NCBI RefSeq assembly: GCF_009914755.1
Contig: NC_060927.1
Strand: one strand, 5' to 3'
Source of the DNA: the human T2T-CHM13v2.0 reference genome, Homo sapiens
Length of the DNA: 64,000 bases
Below the pieces are notes generated by a model. That model was not told where the DNA came from. It ran no database searches and saw only the letters and a program-made list of their open reading frames with translations. The translations under genes were made by a program, and so were the position numbers. Shown here in pieces: positions 20,400 to 34,957 of the stretch (position 1 is the stretch's first letter; the number at the start of each line of letters is the position of its first letter).

Positions 20400-20635
20400 A
20401 AAACATAATGGTCAAGAGTGTAGGCTCAGGACAGCTCTTTATGTTCAAATCCAGGCCGGGTTACTTGCTTAGATTTGTGATCTTGGCAAAGTTACTTACC
20501 CTGTCTGTGTCTGTCACTCTTCTGTAAAAAGAGATAATTACCTGAGGATGATACTAAATTTGTAGGGTTGATGTGAGGATTGAATGTGTTTATATAGATA
20601 ACATAATTGTAACAGTGCCTTAGGTACATAACACT
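20400..20635 (+). mobile_element. MIR
   Basis: TTCAAATCC...TGTGATCTTGGCAAAGTTACTT...GTGAGGATTGAATG core. Confidence 0.7.
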
Positions 20636-21999
20636 ATGCTTTTTTACAGATGGGAAAACTAGGGTTCAACAGTTAATGAAGCTCTACAAGTTCACACTGC
20701 CGGAAGTCAGAACTGGAACCCAGATCCTTGGATTTAATCCTGTGTTCTATTTCAAATCAAGAATTCCTGAGGGGGCTGCTAGTGAAATTTTATGTAGAGG
20801 TTTATTTGGACAGACAGTTCTTAATACTAAAATAAGATTAAGTTTAAAAATACTTTGAAATTTTATTATAAAAATAATATAATCCTATCAAAGAAAAGTT
20901 AAAAAGAGAAAATAAAAAGCTAACTCTCTAGTTGTACTTTGTCACCAGTTGCTCCAGGCAGATAAAATGAGGCCTGAGGAACAGTGGGATAGGCAGAAAA
21001 TGCTGCTGGGATGGACAGACTCTGTGGCCTGGCACTGATTAAGCTCTTGATTCTAAATATGTTCCTGTGCTTCTGATGTGGGGAACATCCAAGAGGAAAC
21101 TATTCCCTAGAGAAAGAAGATCCACTTTTGATGGCCATCATCATCTGGAGAAGGGAGGGCAATTTGGGTCACTGGTGTAAGGGTGTGTGTTAAAAGTTCA
21201 GGTACTGGGTCCCATTCTAGAAGATCCCAATGCCCACTTGTCATAGTAAAGCTTCTAGGGTCTAGTAATACAGCAGTCTTAAAACATCACGCTTAAGTGA
21301 ACTGTTCCCAGACTTATTTAGTAATGGATTTAAGAGAATGTATAATACCCAGTAGCATCCCAAGCACTTGGATTCTATGGAACATACTTTGGGAAATGCT
21401 TCAATAAAGCAGTAAGAAGAAAATTCATTCTTTTGAGAAAAAATGTTTGGGGATATTAAGTCAGAGGCTTGGGTTTTTTTTTAAAAAAGATGGTTTTTCA
21501 GATGCTGATTTAGGGACCAAGAATAGGACTAAGGAATGCCCCTGCTAGCAAAGCATGATGATGAGGCGAGGCCATGATAGCCCCCTCCTTGGGTGTAGGT
21601 ATGCATGCCTGTGTGGCCATGCTTGAATACTTTGTATCCACATGCACGAATACTCTGCATCAACATCGATGTCCTCTCATCACTAAGAATGTCAGTTTTG
21701 TGAGGACTGGTCTGCAGCATGTGTGGACAATTATTTTTTGGCATTCGTTTCCCTTTCTTGCTTATTAGTGCACTTATTTTCTTTTGGGAAGTATCCTCTT
21801 CCCTATTCTCAGTCCTTGTGGTTTAATTGAAACTGACCCGTCTCTAGCCCTTGGGTGGTGCTGTGACACCTAAGGCTTCAGAGGCCCAGTGCTGCAGGCC
21901 ACAGTGATTGGTCCAGGAGAACCAATGAGAAGCAAGGACACTCTTGCTGGAGATGTTGGGGTAGAACAGTTCCCGCACATATGCAGCGGCTGTTTCTGG

Positions 22000-22530
22000 G
22001 GTTTCTGTTCCGTTAATCAGTTTTTTGATTCCTGTGCCAATGCTGCCCTATCTTCAGTACAGTAGTCTATGAGAAGCCATGAGATTTGATAAGACAATTT
22101 CCCCAAATTTATTCTTTTAGGCATGTCTTGGCACACTTTGCCCTTTAATATACATTTTAGAATCAGCTGGCCAGGTTTCTTTATAAATCTTGATTGGAAT
22201 TTGCAATGAAGTCATAGAAGATTTTGGGGATAATTAACATTAAGATTTTGAGCTTTCTTAAATACAAACATAAGGTATCTCTCTATTTTTTTCTGAGTTA
22301 CCTTAAAACTTTTAATAAAGTTGTATATATTTATTTATAAAGTTTATATATAGATTTATTCCCAGATACTTTATATTTTTGTTTCTATTATGAACTATAT
22401 CTTTCTAAAGTATATTTTCTAAGTTTTTCTGCTAGCATATTGAGATACAATTGATTTTTATATATTGATCTTAAATTAGGCACTTGAGTAAACTCTTTTA
22501 TTAATTCTAAATTTTTGTGGATTGTTTTGG
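22000..22530 (-). mobile_element. Old L1M ORF2-region fragment
   Basis: TTTTAGAATCAGCTGGCCAGG; TACAATTGATTTTTATATATTGATCTT. Confidence 0.55.
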
Positions 22531-22532
22531 AT

Positions 22533-22761
22533 CAGTGTTTCTCAGCTTTTTTATTATTGCCCCACCTCCAAGGACACTTTTAGATTATTTTTTTTCCTAA
22601 TTGCCCCCTCACCTGAATCAATCAATTTTAATATCACAGGGTCACTATGTATCTGTTTAAGTATATCTATGCTTTATACGTAAAAAGAGTAAGATTATTT
22701 TGCCTACCAAGAATGGATTTTCTCTCTTTATGGAGTGACATCACCTCATTGAGAATGCATG
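22533..22761 (+). mobile_element. MER112-like hAT-Charlie MITE
   Basis: Termini CAGTGTTTCTCAG ... TTGAGAATGCATG; internal TTTTTCCTAATTGCCCCC. Confidence 0.75.
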
Positions 22762-23479
22762 TCTTGATTAAAAGGAAGATCATTTGAGACCTGATGTATA
22801 TTTTTTAGAAGTTCCTTGCTGTAGTTCTCTTGGCGGTACACTCTTAGTTTTGTTTATCTGAAAGATAATATTACCAGGCATAGTTCCAGGTTGACTGTCA
22901 TTTTCTGTCAGTACTTTGATACTATTCTACTAACTTCAGGCTTCCATTGTTGATGTTGAGAAACCTGCTTGCGATTCCTTTGTAGGTGATCTGTTTTTCT
23001 GCTTTTTGAATGCCTTTAAGATCTTCTCATTGTTTTCAGTGGTCTGTACTTTCACCACAATATGTCTGAATTTATTTTTATTTATCTTGCTTAGTATATG
23101 TTGTACTTTATATTGCTGAAGATTCATGTTTTTCATCAGTTCTAGAAAGTTCTCAGCCATGTTCTTTTCAATACTGCTTCTCCTCCATTCTCTCTAATGT
23201 TTCCTTCTGGTGCTCTGGATGCATGTGACTCTTTTGCCCATGTCTCTTAACCTCTTAAGTGTTCATCTCATCTGAACACATGGAGCTGAAGAACACATGG
23301 AGTTTCTTCAGCTCCATGTTTCAATTCATGTTTTTTTCAGCTGTGACTAACCTGCTATTTAACCTATTGATTAAATATTGTTGTATTTTAATCTCTAAAA
23401 GTTATTTTGACTTTAAAAAATCTATTAGGCCATTTTTATACCTTCTAGTTACTTGTTCACTTTAAAAATTTTATCTTTT

Positions 23480-23618
<139 letters not shown>

Positions 23619-24090
23619 TAAAAATTTTATCTTTTATTTTGTTAGACATTTATAATAGCTATTTTAAATCCTGCTTTTGAGAATATTTTAAGTCCTTGGG
23701 TGCCAACAACGGTTTTTTTTTTCTGTTGATATACACTCATGCTTGCTTATTTCCTTGTGTGAGTTTTGTAACTTTTTATTGTGAGCTCATATTTTGCTTT
23801 CCTTAATTTGTGTGAACTCCCAAGGGCCTGTAACAGCGATGTGTGTTTTCATAGAATATTTTCCTTTGTCTCTGCCTGGAGCCAGGGAGCATTAGTGACC
23901 TGGAAACACTTTAGCCCTGTTTGAGGGTGCCAGAATAATGCTGGGATCTCAGGTTCAGCACTTTAATGAAGATCAAGGCTCAGTTTCTCAGTAGCAGATC
24001 TGATGTTAGCAATGTTAATGTTTTTAACCAGGGCAGCACTTTCGTATTTACTTACTGCCCAATTTCCCAACACTGGGTTCAATTTGCTAT

Positions 24091-24390
24091 TTTTTTTTTT
24101 TTTTTTTTTTGATGGAGTCTTGCTTTGTTGTCCAGACTGGAGTGCAGTGGCGCGATCTCGGCTCACTACAAGCTCTGCCTCCCAGGTTCATGCCATTCTC
24201 CTGCCTCAGCCTCCTGAGTAGCTGGGACTACAGGCGCCTGCTACTACGCCTGGATAATTTTTTGTATTTTTCAGTAGAGATGGGGTTTCACCGTGTTAGC
24301 CAGGATGGTCTCGATCTCCTGACCTCGTGATCCACCCGCCTTGGCCTCCCAGAGTGCTGGGATTACAGGTGTGAGCTACCGCACCCGGCC
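24091..24390 (-). mobile_element. AluY
   Basis: AAGCTC, TGCCATTCTCC, GTGTTAGCCAGGATGGTCTCGATCTCCTGACCTCGTG. TSD AATTTGCTAT at 24081-24090 and 24391-24400. Confidence 0.96.
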
Positions 24391-25184
24391 AATTTGCTAT
24401 CTTTTTAAAAAATTATCTTTTGGATTTCTCCAACTTTCTGGAGAGTCCAGCAACTAATTAAAATGTTTATTTATTGTAGTTTATCCAGGATCTACTTGTA
24501 TTTAGAATGAGAGCCTTTCAGAATATCTGCTCTGCCATATTTCTGGAAGTTGGAATGTGTCTCTTGTATATTGGAGTTTACAATGTACTTTCACATACAA
24601 TATCTATTTTGATCTTCACAATTTTTAAAATAAAAATACTCAGTTTCACTCATGCTAAAACTGTGCGTGGAATAACTCTGGTGTAAAAACAGTTCTTTTA
24701 TGTTCAGAATTATTTTAGCAAAATATTCAAAAGGAAATATGTATATTCCTTTAAGACAGATTTTATGGAGCATAGTTAGTTAAAAATGGTTTAATCTGTC
24801 GGTATGAATCATTTTGTTCTCATATAGGAATCTTCAAAAGAGGTGAAACAGTCAAATGAGTTAGAGGAGATAGTAGTGTAAAAATGTGATTGCCAAGTGT
24901 TACCTTTTACTTGACTGGAAGAGAGACAAACATGAGTTTTAAGAAGTCAGGGAGAATGACAGAGTTTATCTTCCATTGTGCTTTTATCTTCTAATCTCCA
25001 AAGGCAAAGGAAGGAAAAAATAGTTGCCCTTAGCCAAAAGGGTCTTGAGCAAGACTGGAAGACAGGGGGCCTGGATTTACAACTCACAGAGGGAGTTAGA
25101 ATGAAGGGTTATTAGGTCTGAGAGTGACAGTTGAAATTTACTGAAAGTACCTGTAGAAAAACTGCATGCTTTTCAAGTCTTAAA

Positions 25185-25590
25185 AGTCATTATCCTTTAT
25201 GATTTTCTTAATAGTGTCCTTTGATGAATAAATTAAAAATTTTTGATGAGGCACAATTTATTGATTTTTTTTTCTTTTGTGATTAATGCTTTTTGTGTCT
25301 TGTCCAAGGTCATGAAGATTTTATTTTATATATTTAAAAAAATCTTTATAGTTAATTTTTTACTTTTAGAACTGTAATTCATCTCTAATTTTTATGTATA
25401 ATGTCTAATTTTTAAGAGTTGGGGTTCATTTTCACCTATATGTTCAATTGTTTTAGCATCATTTGCTGAAAATGTTTTCTTTCCCTGTTGAATTTTCTTG
25501 ACACCTTTGTAAAAAACCAATTGACCATATACGTAGGCCCTATTTTGAGGCCTTTAATTCTGTTACATCAACATATTTGTCCGTACTCAT
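25185..25590 (-). mobile_element. Old L1ME fragment
   Basis: CAATTGTTTTAGCATCATTTGCTGAAAA; ACCTTTGTAAAAAACCAATTGACCATAT. Confidence 0.6.
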
Positions 25591-25769
25591 GGAACTGTAA
25601 ACTTAATATCTGTATATTTTATTACATGAAAATTATACCTCAATAACAAATGATGTAATGATAAAAAATTACGTACTTGAGTTGTTTGACAAAAGTAGTA
25701 ATTAGTGAATTAGAAAACATGTTTGATCATATTTTTCTATTTTTATATAAAAGTCCATCTACTACCCAT

Positions 25770-25960
25770 CCATTTAATACAGATTTATTAAGAACTAAAA
25801 CCTGCTTGGCACCATGGTGACCTCTGGGCCTACAGAGCACATAATCCATAGTCCCTGTTCTTGAGGAGCTCATAGTTGAGTAAAAAGAGATGGATGTGAA
25901 AAGTATATTGACAACCCAATGTGATGAGGGCTGTGAGATAAATAAACGTAGGGCCCTGTG
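25770..25960 (-). mobile_element. L2 3' fragment
   Basis: CATTTAATACAGATTTATTAAG; ATAGTCCCTGTTCTTGAGGAGCTCATAGT. Confidence 0.55.
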
Positions 25961-26519
25961 GAAGCCAGTCACCCTAGCCATCTTACCCTCCTAGAGTGCT
26001 TAGATCAGGGAAATATTTGTCAAAGAGCTTAAGAACTGGCTGAGTGTTCAAAGTAAGTGGGAGTAGGCCTGGCATAGGCAAAGTGCTTGCCTGTGGTCCC
26101 AGTAATGCTGGGGAGTGGGCAGGAGAGGGCAGTTGGGAAATGCAAGGCCCTAAGACCAGTGATTTTTAAGTGTTTCAAATAGAAGGGTACACATGCCCAC
26201 TTAACTAAAGAAGTGGCACTTTAATAAAAATAAAAAATTATATTCCTTATTAGAGAAGCAGGGAGCAGGACTGTTGGAGAGAATGACATGTAAATATATA
26301 CTGCTATGGAGAACAGTGTGAGGGGCAGTTCTTGACATTGGGATTGGCCAAAACAAGTGGCCAGGGCTAGGGTCTGGGTGAGGGAGTAGACACTGAAAGA
26401 CAGGATGACAGCACAGATGGGGATGTGGTGACAACTAAACACTACGTTTGTTTCACAAGGTAATTTATCCTACTGATGGCATTGGTTCTTATTAAGGATG
26501 AAAAAAATAATGAACTAAA

Positions 26520-26750
26520 AAATAGCTACTATTGATTGAATGTCACTCTGTGCCAGGTGTTGTGTCCTACTCTTTATGTACATTAAATATCATGCTCTCC
26601 ATTTATCTGTTATCATCACCATTGTACAGGTGATAACACTAAGCCAGAAGCTTAAGTCGTCAACTTGAGTCCACTCAAGCTTACTTAACTGGTAAGTGAA
26701 GCATCAGGATTTGAACCCAAGTCATTCCAAAAACTGTGTTCCCATCACTA
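26520..26750 (-). mobile_element. MIR
   Basis: ATAGCTACTATTGATTGAATG...TGTGCCAGG...CAGGATTTGAACCCAAG. Confidence 0.65.
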
Positions 26751-27809
26751 TTACATGTAGCTTATCCCTATAATATTTACCTGTGTTTGGGATACAAATG
26801 AAATTCCCCTCCCCCCCCGCCATAAAATTATGCTGCTTGTTCATAGTTTGCCAGAAAAGCTTCATTTTAAAGTGAAAACCCATCCCACTCCTGGAAATAG
26901 TTAATGCATGATGGCATCTGGCTAAACTAGGGCAAGGACTATCTATGCAGTCACTGTTTTATGAGTTCTCATCAGAGCAGGATGCCTCTATGGATAGAAA
27001 GGCAGAGAGGGAGTGGGAAGGACTTCTGCTAGGAGCCCAGCCAATAAGCCACAAACTTTCTTTTCACTGGCTCAGTTAAGCATTTTTTGAGAACCTTAAC
27101 CCCATTTATGAAAATGGAAATGTCAATAAAAATCACATTTTCAACATCGTGTTTCAAAACAGGAGGTTCACTTTGATCGTTCTGAGCAAAATGGTCAATG
27201 AATACTATAGAAAAAATATTTACAAAAAGATCATTCTATATATGTATATATATGCATATATGTGTATTTATAATCTCAGTGATGTTACTTTCTGATAGCT
27301 ACTTTCAAGGCAGACATTTTCTTTTGTAATATGATTGCCATCTTGCCAAATATATACTTAATGCCATTACTTGTTAGAGAGATTTTCTCATTTATCTTTA
27401 GACTTTATGCCTACTATTCTCATTTTAAATATTATATTTGTAAGACTTGATTTGAAGAAATTGTCAACTTTTGTAGCTCCATATATTCTAAAAGTATTTG
27501 TCTAGGTCCTCACACTGAGTTGGAATTCCCAGCAGTTGTAATATGTACTTTTACATGAGTTATCTTCAAACTGTTGTATAGCAGGGCTCAAGTGATTGGG
27601 AAGCATTGAAACTTAGAATGAGACTTGCTTCCTGAGGGACAGCAGGTATTGAACATACACCCATATGTTAAGAAAGGTCAATTCAGCAGAGAATATAGGT
27701 GCGGTGGGATAATGGCCTGATTAAAAGACCAGTGTTGAGCACTGCAGAAGTGAGGGATGTGTTCCACCCAAAGAAATCTGAGTTCTGAGAAGCATGTGGA
27801 AAACAGTCC

Positions 27810-28340
27810 ATCAGCCAGGATGCTTTCAGCTATAGTACTAGAAAAGCCCAAAACAACAGATTTAAACCAAAGGGAAATTCATTCAGTCATATAACTAGAA
27901 CTCAGAAGCAGGGCTGACTTCAGGGTTGATTTTATTCAGTGGTTTTGGCTCCATTTCTGTGTGATTTTCTTCATTCTGTCTTCTCCTGCATGCCAGCATT
28001 ATCTTAAGACTGGCGATGAGGTGATTAACCAGCCCCGGGCATAACGTGGATATGATAATTTCCAGAGGACAAGTGAGAATGTCCCTTCTGGATAGTCTCC
28101 CAGCAGAGCAAGGAAACACTTTCCCAGAAGCCCCTAGCAAGTCAATCCTCAATCCTCAATGACTCATTCTTAAACCAATCACTAGCAAGGAGGAAGAGAT
28201 TTCCTCTGGATTAGTTAGGCCAATCCCTGGAGTTGGAGTAGCTCTCTGCTTCCCCTGAGGCATATGAGCTATCTGGCAGAGGATGCTTTGTTTGCATGGA
28301 TGAGGAGTGGATGCTGGGTAGGCTATCTGGTATCTACAAC
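27810..28340 (-). mobile_element. MaLR LTR, MLT1K/L-like
   Basis: CAGGATGCTTTCAGCT; TTTCCCAGAAGCCCCTAGCA; TAAACCAATCACTAGCAAGG; GGATGCTGGGTAGGC. Confidence 0.7.
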
Positions 28341-28612
28341 TATGGTGGGATTCAGAAACAAGTGGCCCTCAGAAATTTAGGTATGTTGTGAGCACCAGGA
28401 ATGTTTGAGAGCAGCTAGCAAAGTCCTAGGCACCAGGAGAGGGCTGGCATTATTGAGAAAACAGAAATTAGGTAATACGTAAAAACCATGAACAGGGTCC
28501 ATGGGCAAGATGATCATCCAGAGACTCACATAGGAAAAGCAGAATTCAAGTCTGGATCCAGATCAGCACAGGTGTGAGCTGATGGCTGAGCTCAGGATTG
28601 GCCCTAGATATG

Positions 28613-29032
28613 TGCCATGGTTTAGATATGGTTTGTCCCCACTGAAACTCATGTTGAAGCTTGATCCTCAGTGTGGCAGTGTTGGAAGGTGGGGCACAGT
28701 GGGAGGTGTTTTGGTCATGGGGAGACATTCCTCATGAATAGATTAATACTGGGAGTGAGTTCTCGCAGGACTGGATTAGTTACCCTGAGAGCAGGTTGTT
28801 GTAAAGTGAGGTTTCTCCTTGTGTTTGCTGTCTTTTGCACGTGTTTGCTTGCCTTTTCACTTCTCTGCCATGTTATGATGCAGCATGAGGCCCTCACCAG
28901 AAGTCAGTCAGATGCAGGTGCCCAATCCTGGACTTGCTAGCCTCCAGAACTGTGAGCTAAATAAATCTCTTTTATTTATAAATTACCCAGGCTCAGGTAT
29001 CCTGTTGCAGCAACACAAAATGGACTAGGACA
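28613..29032 (+). mobile_element. MaLR solo LTR, MSTC-like
   Basis: TG...CA termini (TGCCATGGTTT...GGACTAGGACA); 5-bp TSD ATATG/GTATG. Confidence 0.9.
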
Positions 29033-30622
29033 GTATGTATCTCATAAGTGCTAGTTGCCTGGAGTAGCACTGAGGTAGCAGAGTTTGAGAACATCAGTGC
29101 ATGAATTAGACAAGAGTAAATAAAAGGAAATTACGAATAGGCAAGGGGAGCTTTAGACCAAATGGCAGAACGATGGGCAGGACCATCCCCTTTACTGAGG
29201 CAGACACACTCAATAAAACCAGGCCAGATGGGGAGTGAATGGGTTGAGATGAGGAAAAGGATACATAAGTGCTGGAGAGTTGGGAGCCAAGAGAGGGTTG
29301 TTGGGGTGGGTGAGGAAGGCTGTCTTTATGGTTTATTGCAGCCTCTTTTGTAGCTGTGCTGGCCATGCTTATGTTTAAAGTAACAGCATTCATTTATTGC
29401 TGTCTATTACTGATAGCCAAGTGGCCTCAGTGGAGGGGTGAGGAAGAAAGCAGAAGCTGGGGAACTAGTTCTTTGTGTGAAAACTGAAAAATTTCATGGT
29501 GTTGTTGCATTCCTGGGTTTAGTTGACACTCAGGTTTCTTAATGAAGTGAAAAAATCTTCATGCTGAAAATCTGTTCTCAGGTCAATGAGAAAGGTGACA
29601 GATAATATGTTACTAGCTTTTCTGTCGATTATCCATTACTTTATGAGGATTGTATGTTGAAACACTGCAGATAAAGTGTCTCAATTAAGACTTTAATTTA
29701 GATTTAATAAGAGTTATTATGTTAATAAAAGATCAATTAGCAGTTAAATAGCCATTGATCCAGGTACAATAAGTATGTCAGAAAGACATCAAGTTGTCAT
29801 TGAAAAACTGGAGATTACATGAGCAACATGTGAGCAATTAGATTCTCAATATATTCAGGCTATAATGAATGTCAATGCATTTAATTGCCATTTAACAAGA
29901 AAGCTAATGTTAAGTCTCATGCCTATTAACTCACATACCTATTCACAGTTCTTCAATAGATTCATTTTTTCATTGGTTCCTTCAAGAAATATTTAATTAA
30001 CCACACACCAGGTAAAGTGAGAAAAATATGAGTATGATGCATAATCTCTGCCTTCAAAGAACTTAAAATCTAGTGTTGAAATAAGACTCATCTACAAGGA
30101 AAAATAAAGGAACGAGGCAGATAGTAGAACATTTTCCACATATTTTCTGATTAAGCTCTAAATATTACCACCATAACTGAAATTTCTCACATGTTGAAAG
30201 AAATCTTTGTTATTACAAGCCACTAAATTTAGGGGTTGTTTGTTACTGCATTATGCTGTAGTAAAGCTGACTAATATGGTGAATAGAAGAGGGTTTGACA
30301 GGCCAGAGATACATTCTCTGGTGTGATATTGTCATAAGAGAAGCTAAAGTTTTATCATCCTAAATATTGGAGAGGGGCACTTGAGAAATATATCAACTCT
30401 CACTAGGGCTAGGAGGCATTGAGAAGTAAAAGTTACTCTTGGTTGTTTGCATGCCCAACCTCCAAAAATCTCATTTTCTCCAGGACCATAGACGGACATG
30501 GGAGAGAGGCAGATCAATATCTGATAAAAATGGTTAAAATGGTGAATTTTATCTCAATTAAAAAAAGAATAGACATATAATCTTTGTTACTGGAGTGGGA
30601 ACATTTTGGAGTGAGTGTGTAA

Positions 30623-31171
<549 letters not shown>

Positions 31172-33492
31172 TAGATCTTGAAAATCACAATTTACTTTCT
31201 CTTTTAGAAAGCTAAGCTTTTCCTAGGAGCTTTAAGATCACATTTAGTTGTTCAAAAGATAATCTGTCTCTTTCTCAGCCGTTCCTTGAATGAAACTGAG
31301 GGCAGGAGCTGCCTCAGGGCTTGTGGTGGGACAGGTCCTGTGTTATACGCTATGACCTAATGGACCCTCTTGCCCAAAACTTAGTAACTCTCCTATGTAC
31401 ACCAGTCTTGGCTAGTGTATTACTTGGGGAATTAAATATAAAGGGCCTGTGTTTCACCCTGAAATCACCTAGAAGCTTAAATAAGAGATGCAGCACAGAA
31501 GGTGTGTGTCTATGTGACAGAGATTGAGAATTTGGCAGGGGGAGGAAACCGAAGCTCGTAGTGGCCCTGAGAATGTAAGTCCTTGGATGTTAGCAGGAAT
31601 CTGACATCTACCAGTTATGGGAAAGAAAGCTTCAGAAGGCTGGAAATCTGGGACACTCATGGAGATGACACCTGAATTACAATTGTAAAATTAAAAAAAA
31701 AACAAAAACAAAGGAAAAATCTGCTGGAAAAGTGAAAAATTTAGCCAAATAAGATATTTTGAAGATGGACTAAAAGTGTTTCTAAATTCATTATCCTTTC
31801 TGCATTTCAATTTAGATTTAGTTAGGTGAATTTGGGTTGAGAGCTAAACTTTAGCTTTGAAAACTACCTTTAAATTATGTAGATTGTCTTAAGGAGTTGC
31901 TTTCTAGGGTCTGATTTTACTTTGCAGCCGGAAGAGCTCTCTGTTGAGCACTCAGTATGTGAAGGGGCATGGTAAACATGAGAGTGGAAATAATAGAAAA
32001 GACAAATGTTAGACCCAAGGGAAGCACAGCAGAGGGTGGTGTGTGGAGGGAGAGTGCACAGACATATAAACAAGCAGCTGTTACATAAGACAGGCTCAGT
32101 GCTGTGGCAGGCCAGTGTTGAGGGCACCGTGGTTCTTGCTTACGTCCTAAAATTATTTTATCAGATGATCAAATAGATGAACGGACTGTACAGAGTAATT
32201 ATTTTGCAGTTAAGCTGCGCCCCCTCCCACTTTTGGCAAGTGGAGGGAAGATAAAATAAAGGAACTGAAATGGTAGAAACTTTGTGTGCTTCTTGTTCTC
32301 AGACCTTTCTTTCCCCTGGAGGAGTCTGAGCTGGAACAAGCATGACATCACTGAGTAAATTAATCCTGACCATAGGAGGCAGGGAAGCTTCCACCAGTGC
32401 TCTGCCACATGCAAATGGTGGGTTTAAAGGGAGTAAAAAGGCGATTTGAATAGGAAGCACTTAAGAAGCCTCCCTTGTTCTCCACCTCCAGGTCTAATAG
32501 CCTCCCAGAGCAGACACAGAGCCTTCTAAGAGAAATGAAAATATCCCTCCTAAACACACGCAAGCACATAACAAAAGCCAAGTTAAGAAGGTTAGCGATT
32601 TAGTTGTCTCAGCAACATGTCATCAAGTTGAGATGAGCAGGAAACACAGATAACACAAGAAAGAAGGAAAACATCATAAGCCACAAAGAGGGAAAACCTG
32701 GGATGCTGAGAAAAGCAAAGCAAAGCCCTTTTCCTTTCTGTTTCATTAAGGGGAACTTAACTTTTAAACAGCCTCTCAAAAAAGCTAAAATAGAATCTGC
32801 TTTTGTGTAACCTATGTACTTGATGTGTGTTAAGAAATTGTGTTATCAGCATTTCCTGTGTGGTACCACCTTCAAAAGCAACATTTTTAGAGATGTCCAC
32901 ATAATTTCTCAGAGAAACAAAATAGTGTCATGTTAGAATGGGATTTGTTTTTTTATAAGTATTTTATTGGATATTAACAGTATGGGATGAACATACAGAA
33001 ATGATCAAAGGTAGATCACTCTGCTCACATGAGTTAAAACTCATAATATTACAGCACAAAATGAGACAAATGGACATTTTAGAGACTGATTCTTTCTCTG
33101 CTCTTATAAAGTTGTATTCAGAAAATTGCTGACATTTGGTTCCCAGGAGAAATAAATTTGTGATTGTGGAAATGTGAGATCTACGCCCTCAGCCGGGGCT
33201 ATAAACTTGTTGTTGGAACAGCAGAGCAGGGGTAGGAGGAAAATGAAAGGAAGGCAGGAAAAGAGGCAGGAGAGGGTGGAAAGGGCTGGCCTATTCCATT
33301 GGTAAACACCTCCAGTTATTTGAAAATGTGTTCTTATGTTGAGTCAAAAATCTACCTCCAGGTAACTTTCCAAATAATTTACTTAGGAGCCATGCTGAAC
33401 AAACCAGCTTTCTCTGGGCCACAACACTTCTTAAGATATTTGCATGATAGCACATCTTCACTTCATCTCTTCTCTGAGCAGGGATTCTAAAA

Positions 33493-33638
33493 GGGTGGTC
33501 TCCAATCAGCAATATCAGCATCAGCTAGAAACTTGCTAGAAATGCTCCTCTTTCCCCACCTAGGGGTGGGTCCCAGCAACCTGTGGTTCAATAAGTCCTC
33601 TAAATGATTCTGATGGATGCTCAAATTTGAGAACCCTG
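33493..33638. mobile_element. MER5A (hAT-Charlie MITE)
   Basis: CAGCATCAGCTAGAAACTTGCTAGAAATGC; GGGGTGGGTCCCAGCAACCTGTG; TTTGAGAACCCTG. Confidence 0.8.
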
Positions 33639-34139
33639 CTCTAGGCTAAGAATCTGTGTTTCTTCAACTCTCCCACCTTAATTCATCCACTTACATGCAC
33701 ATTCATATATTTAATCATTCATAATCAAGTATTTCTTTCTTTCTCCATAAATATCAGTTTGATATTTGATTCTGTGTTCAGATATTGCTGAGAAAGGGTT
33801 TTCTGGAATATGTTTTTCATGACATTGGTTGGTAGAAGTGAGTGACCCTCATTTTTTCCTTTCTGAAAACCTCTAGTATTTTGGATACTTAGCATCTGCT
33901 AGGCCTTATACTCAGGGAAGGCGATCTCCTCGCAGAGCTAGAGGATGAGTCATTATGTATGAGCCAGTTGTTGTGGTCTCATTCCCCTTGCCAGGATTGG
34001 TTTAGACATGAGCACGTGACTCAGTCTTGGCCATTGGAATTTGTTCTTATGACTTTTTTCCTTTTGTATTTCTTTAATGTAAGTTCAATGGACTTGGGGA
34101 GGAAAGGCAGACAGATATATGTGCTTAGTCTTTCATCTT

Positions 34140-34600
34140 GAACTCAGCTTAGCTGGGCAGCTTTACTTCCAACTTCATCTGGGGTCACTCAGTGGCTGCA
34201 GTTACCTGGCAGCTTTGCTGGGGCCAGATGACCAAGACATGTGCTGGTTAGTGCTGGTTGTCAGCTGGTTGTCTGGACTGTGGGGCTTGGACAGCTCCTC
34301 GCTGCTCCACGTGGCCTCCGCTCCTCCAATAAATTAGCCTAGGCTTCTTCATATGGCAATCTCAGGGGAGTATTCCAAGAATGCGAGAGAAGAAGCCACA
34401 AGGCCTTTTAAAACTTAAGTTCAGAAATCATGTATTATTTCTGCCACTTTCTATTGGATAGAACAAGTAATAAGGCCAGTTCTGGCTCAAGCGATAGGAA
34501 AATAGATTCTACCTATTGATGGTAGAGCTGCACAGTCATATTGCAAGGGGCGTGCACACACAGATGAGAGAATTTTATGACAAATTTTTGCAATTTGGTA
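34140..34600 (-). mobile_element. MaLR LTR, MLT1G/H-like
   Basis: CTCCACGTGGCCTC; TTCTGCCACTTTCTATTGG; AAATAGATTCTACCTATTGATGG; TCATATTGCAAGGGG. Confidence 0.7.
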
Positions 34601-34917
34601 TTTCAGTACTTAAAACTCTATGAATTTGTTTTTATATAAGTAGTATATGCGAGATTGAAAGTATGTAAGCAAAATAAAAAAAGAGAAAAAAATGTTGTCT
34701 CAAATTCTATAGTCAAGAAGTAGCCTAATAACTTCAAGTGAAAATCATTCCAGGTAGCTCCTTAAGTGTATAAATGAAATAAAAAATGCAGAATAAATTA
34801 GTAAAAATTGGGTCTTACTCTACGTTTTTAGAAAAATAAAAAGCATTAAATTGAATTTTTCTTGAATTTAACAGAAGAAAAAGAAACCAAAGAGAAATCA
34901 AAGAAATTATGGAACTT

Positions 34918-34921
<4 letters not shown>

Positions 34922-34954
<33 letters not shown>
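34922..34954 (+). repeat. Poly(T)33 tract
   Basis: Uninterrupted T run. Confidence 0.95.

Positions 34955-34957
<3 letters not shown>

Noticed and set aside
33195-33215. TATA-like CTATAAA
   Set aside because: Isolated motif with no CpG island or downstream gene structure.
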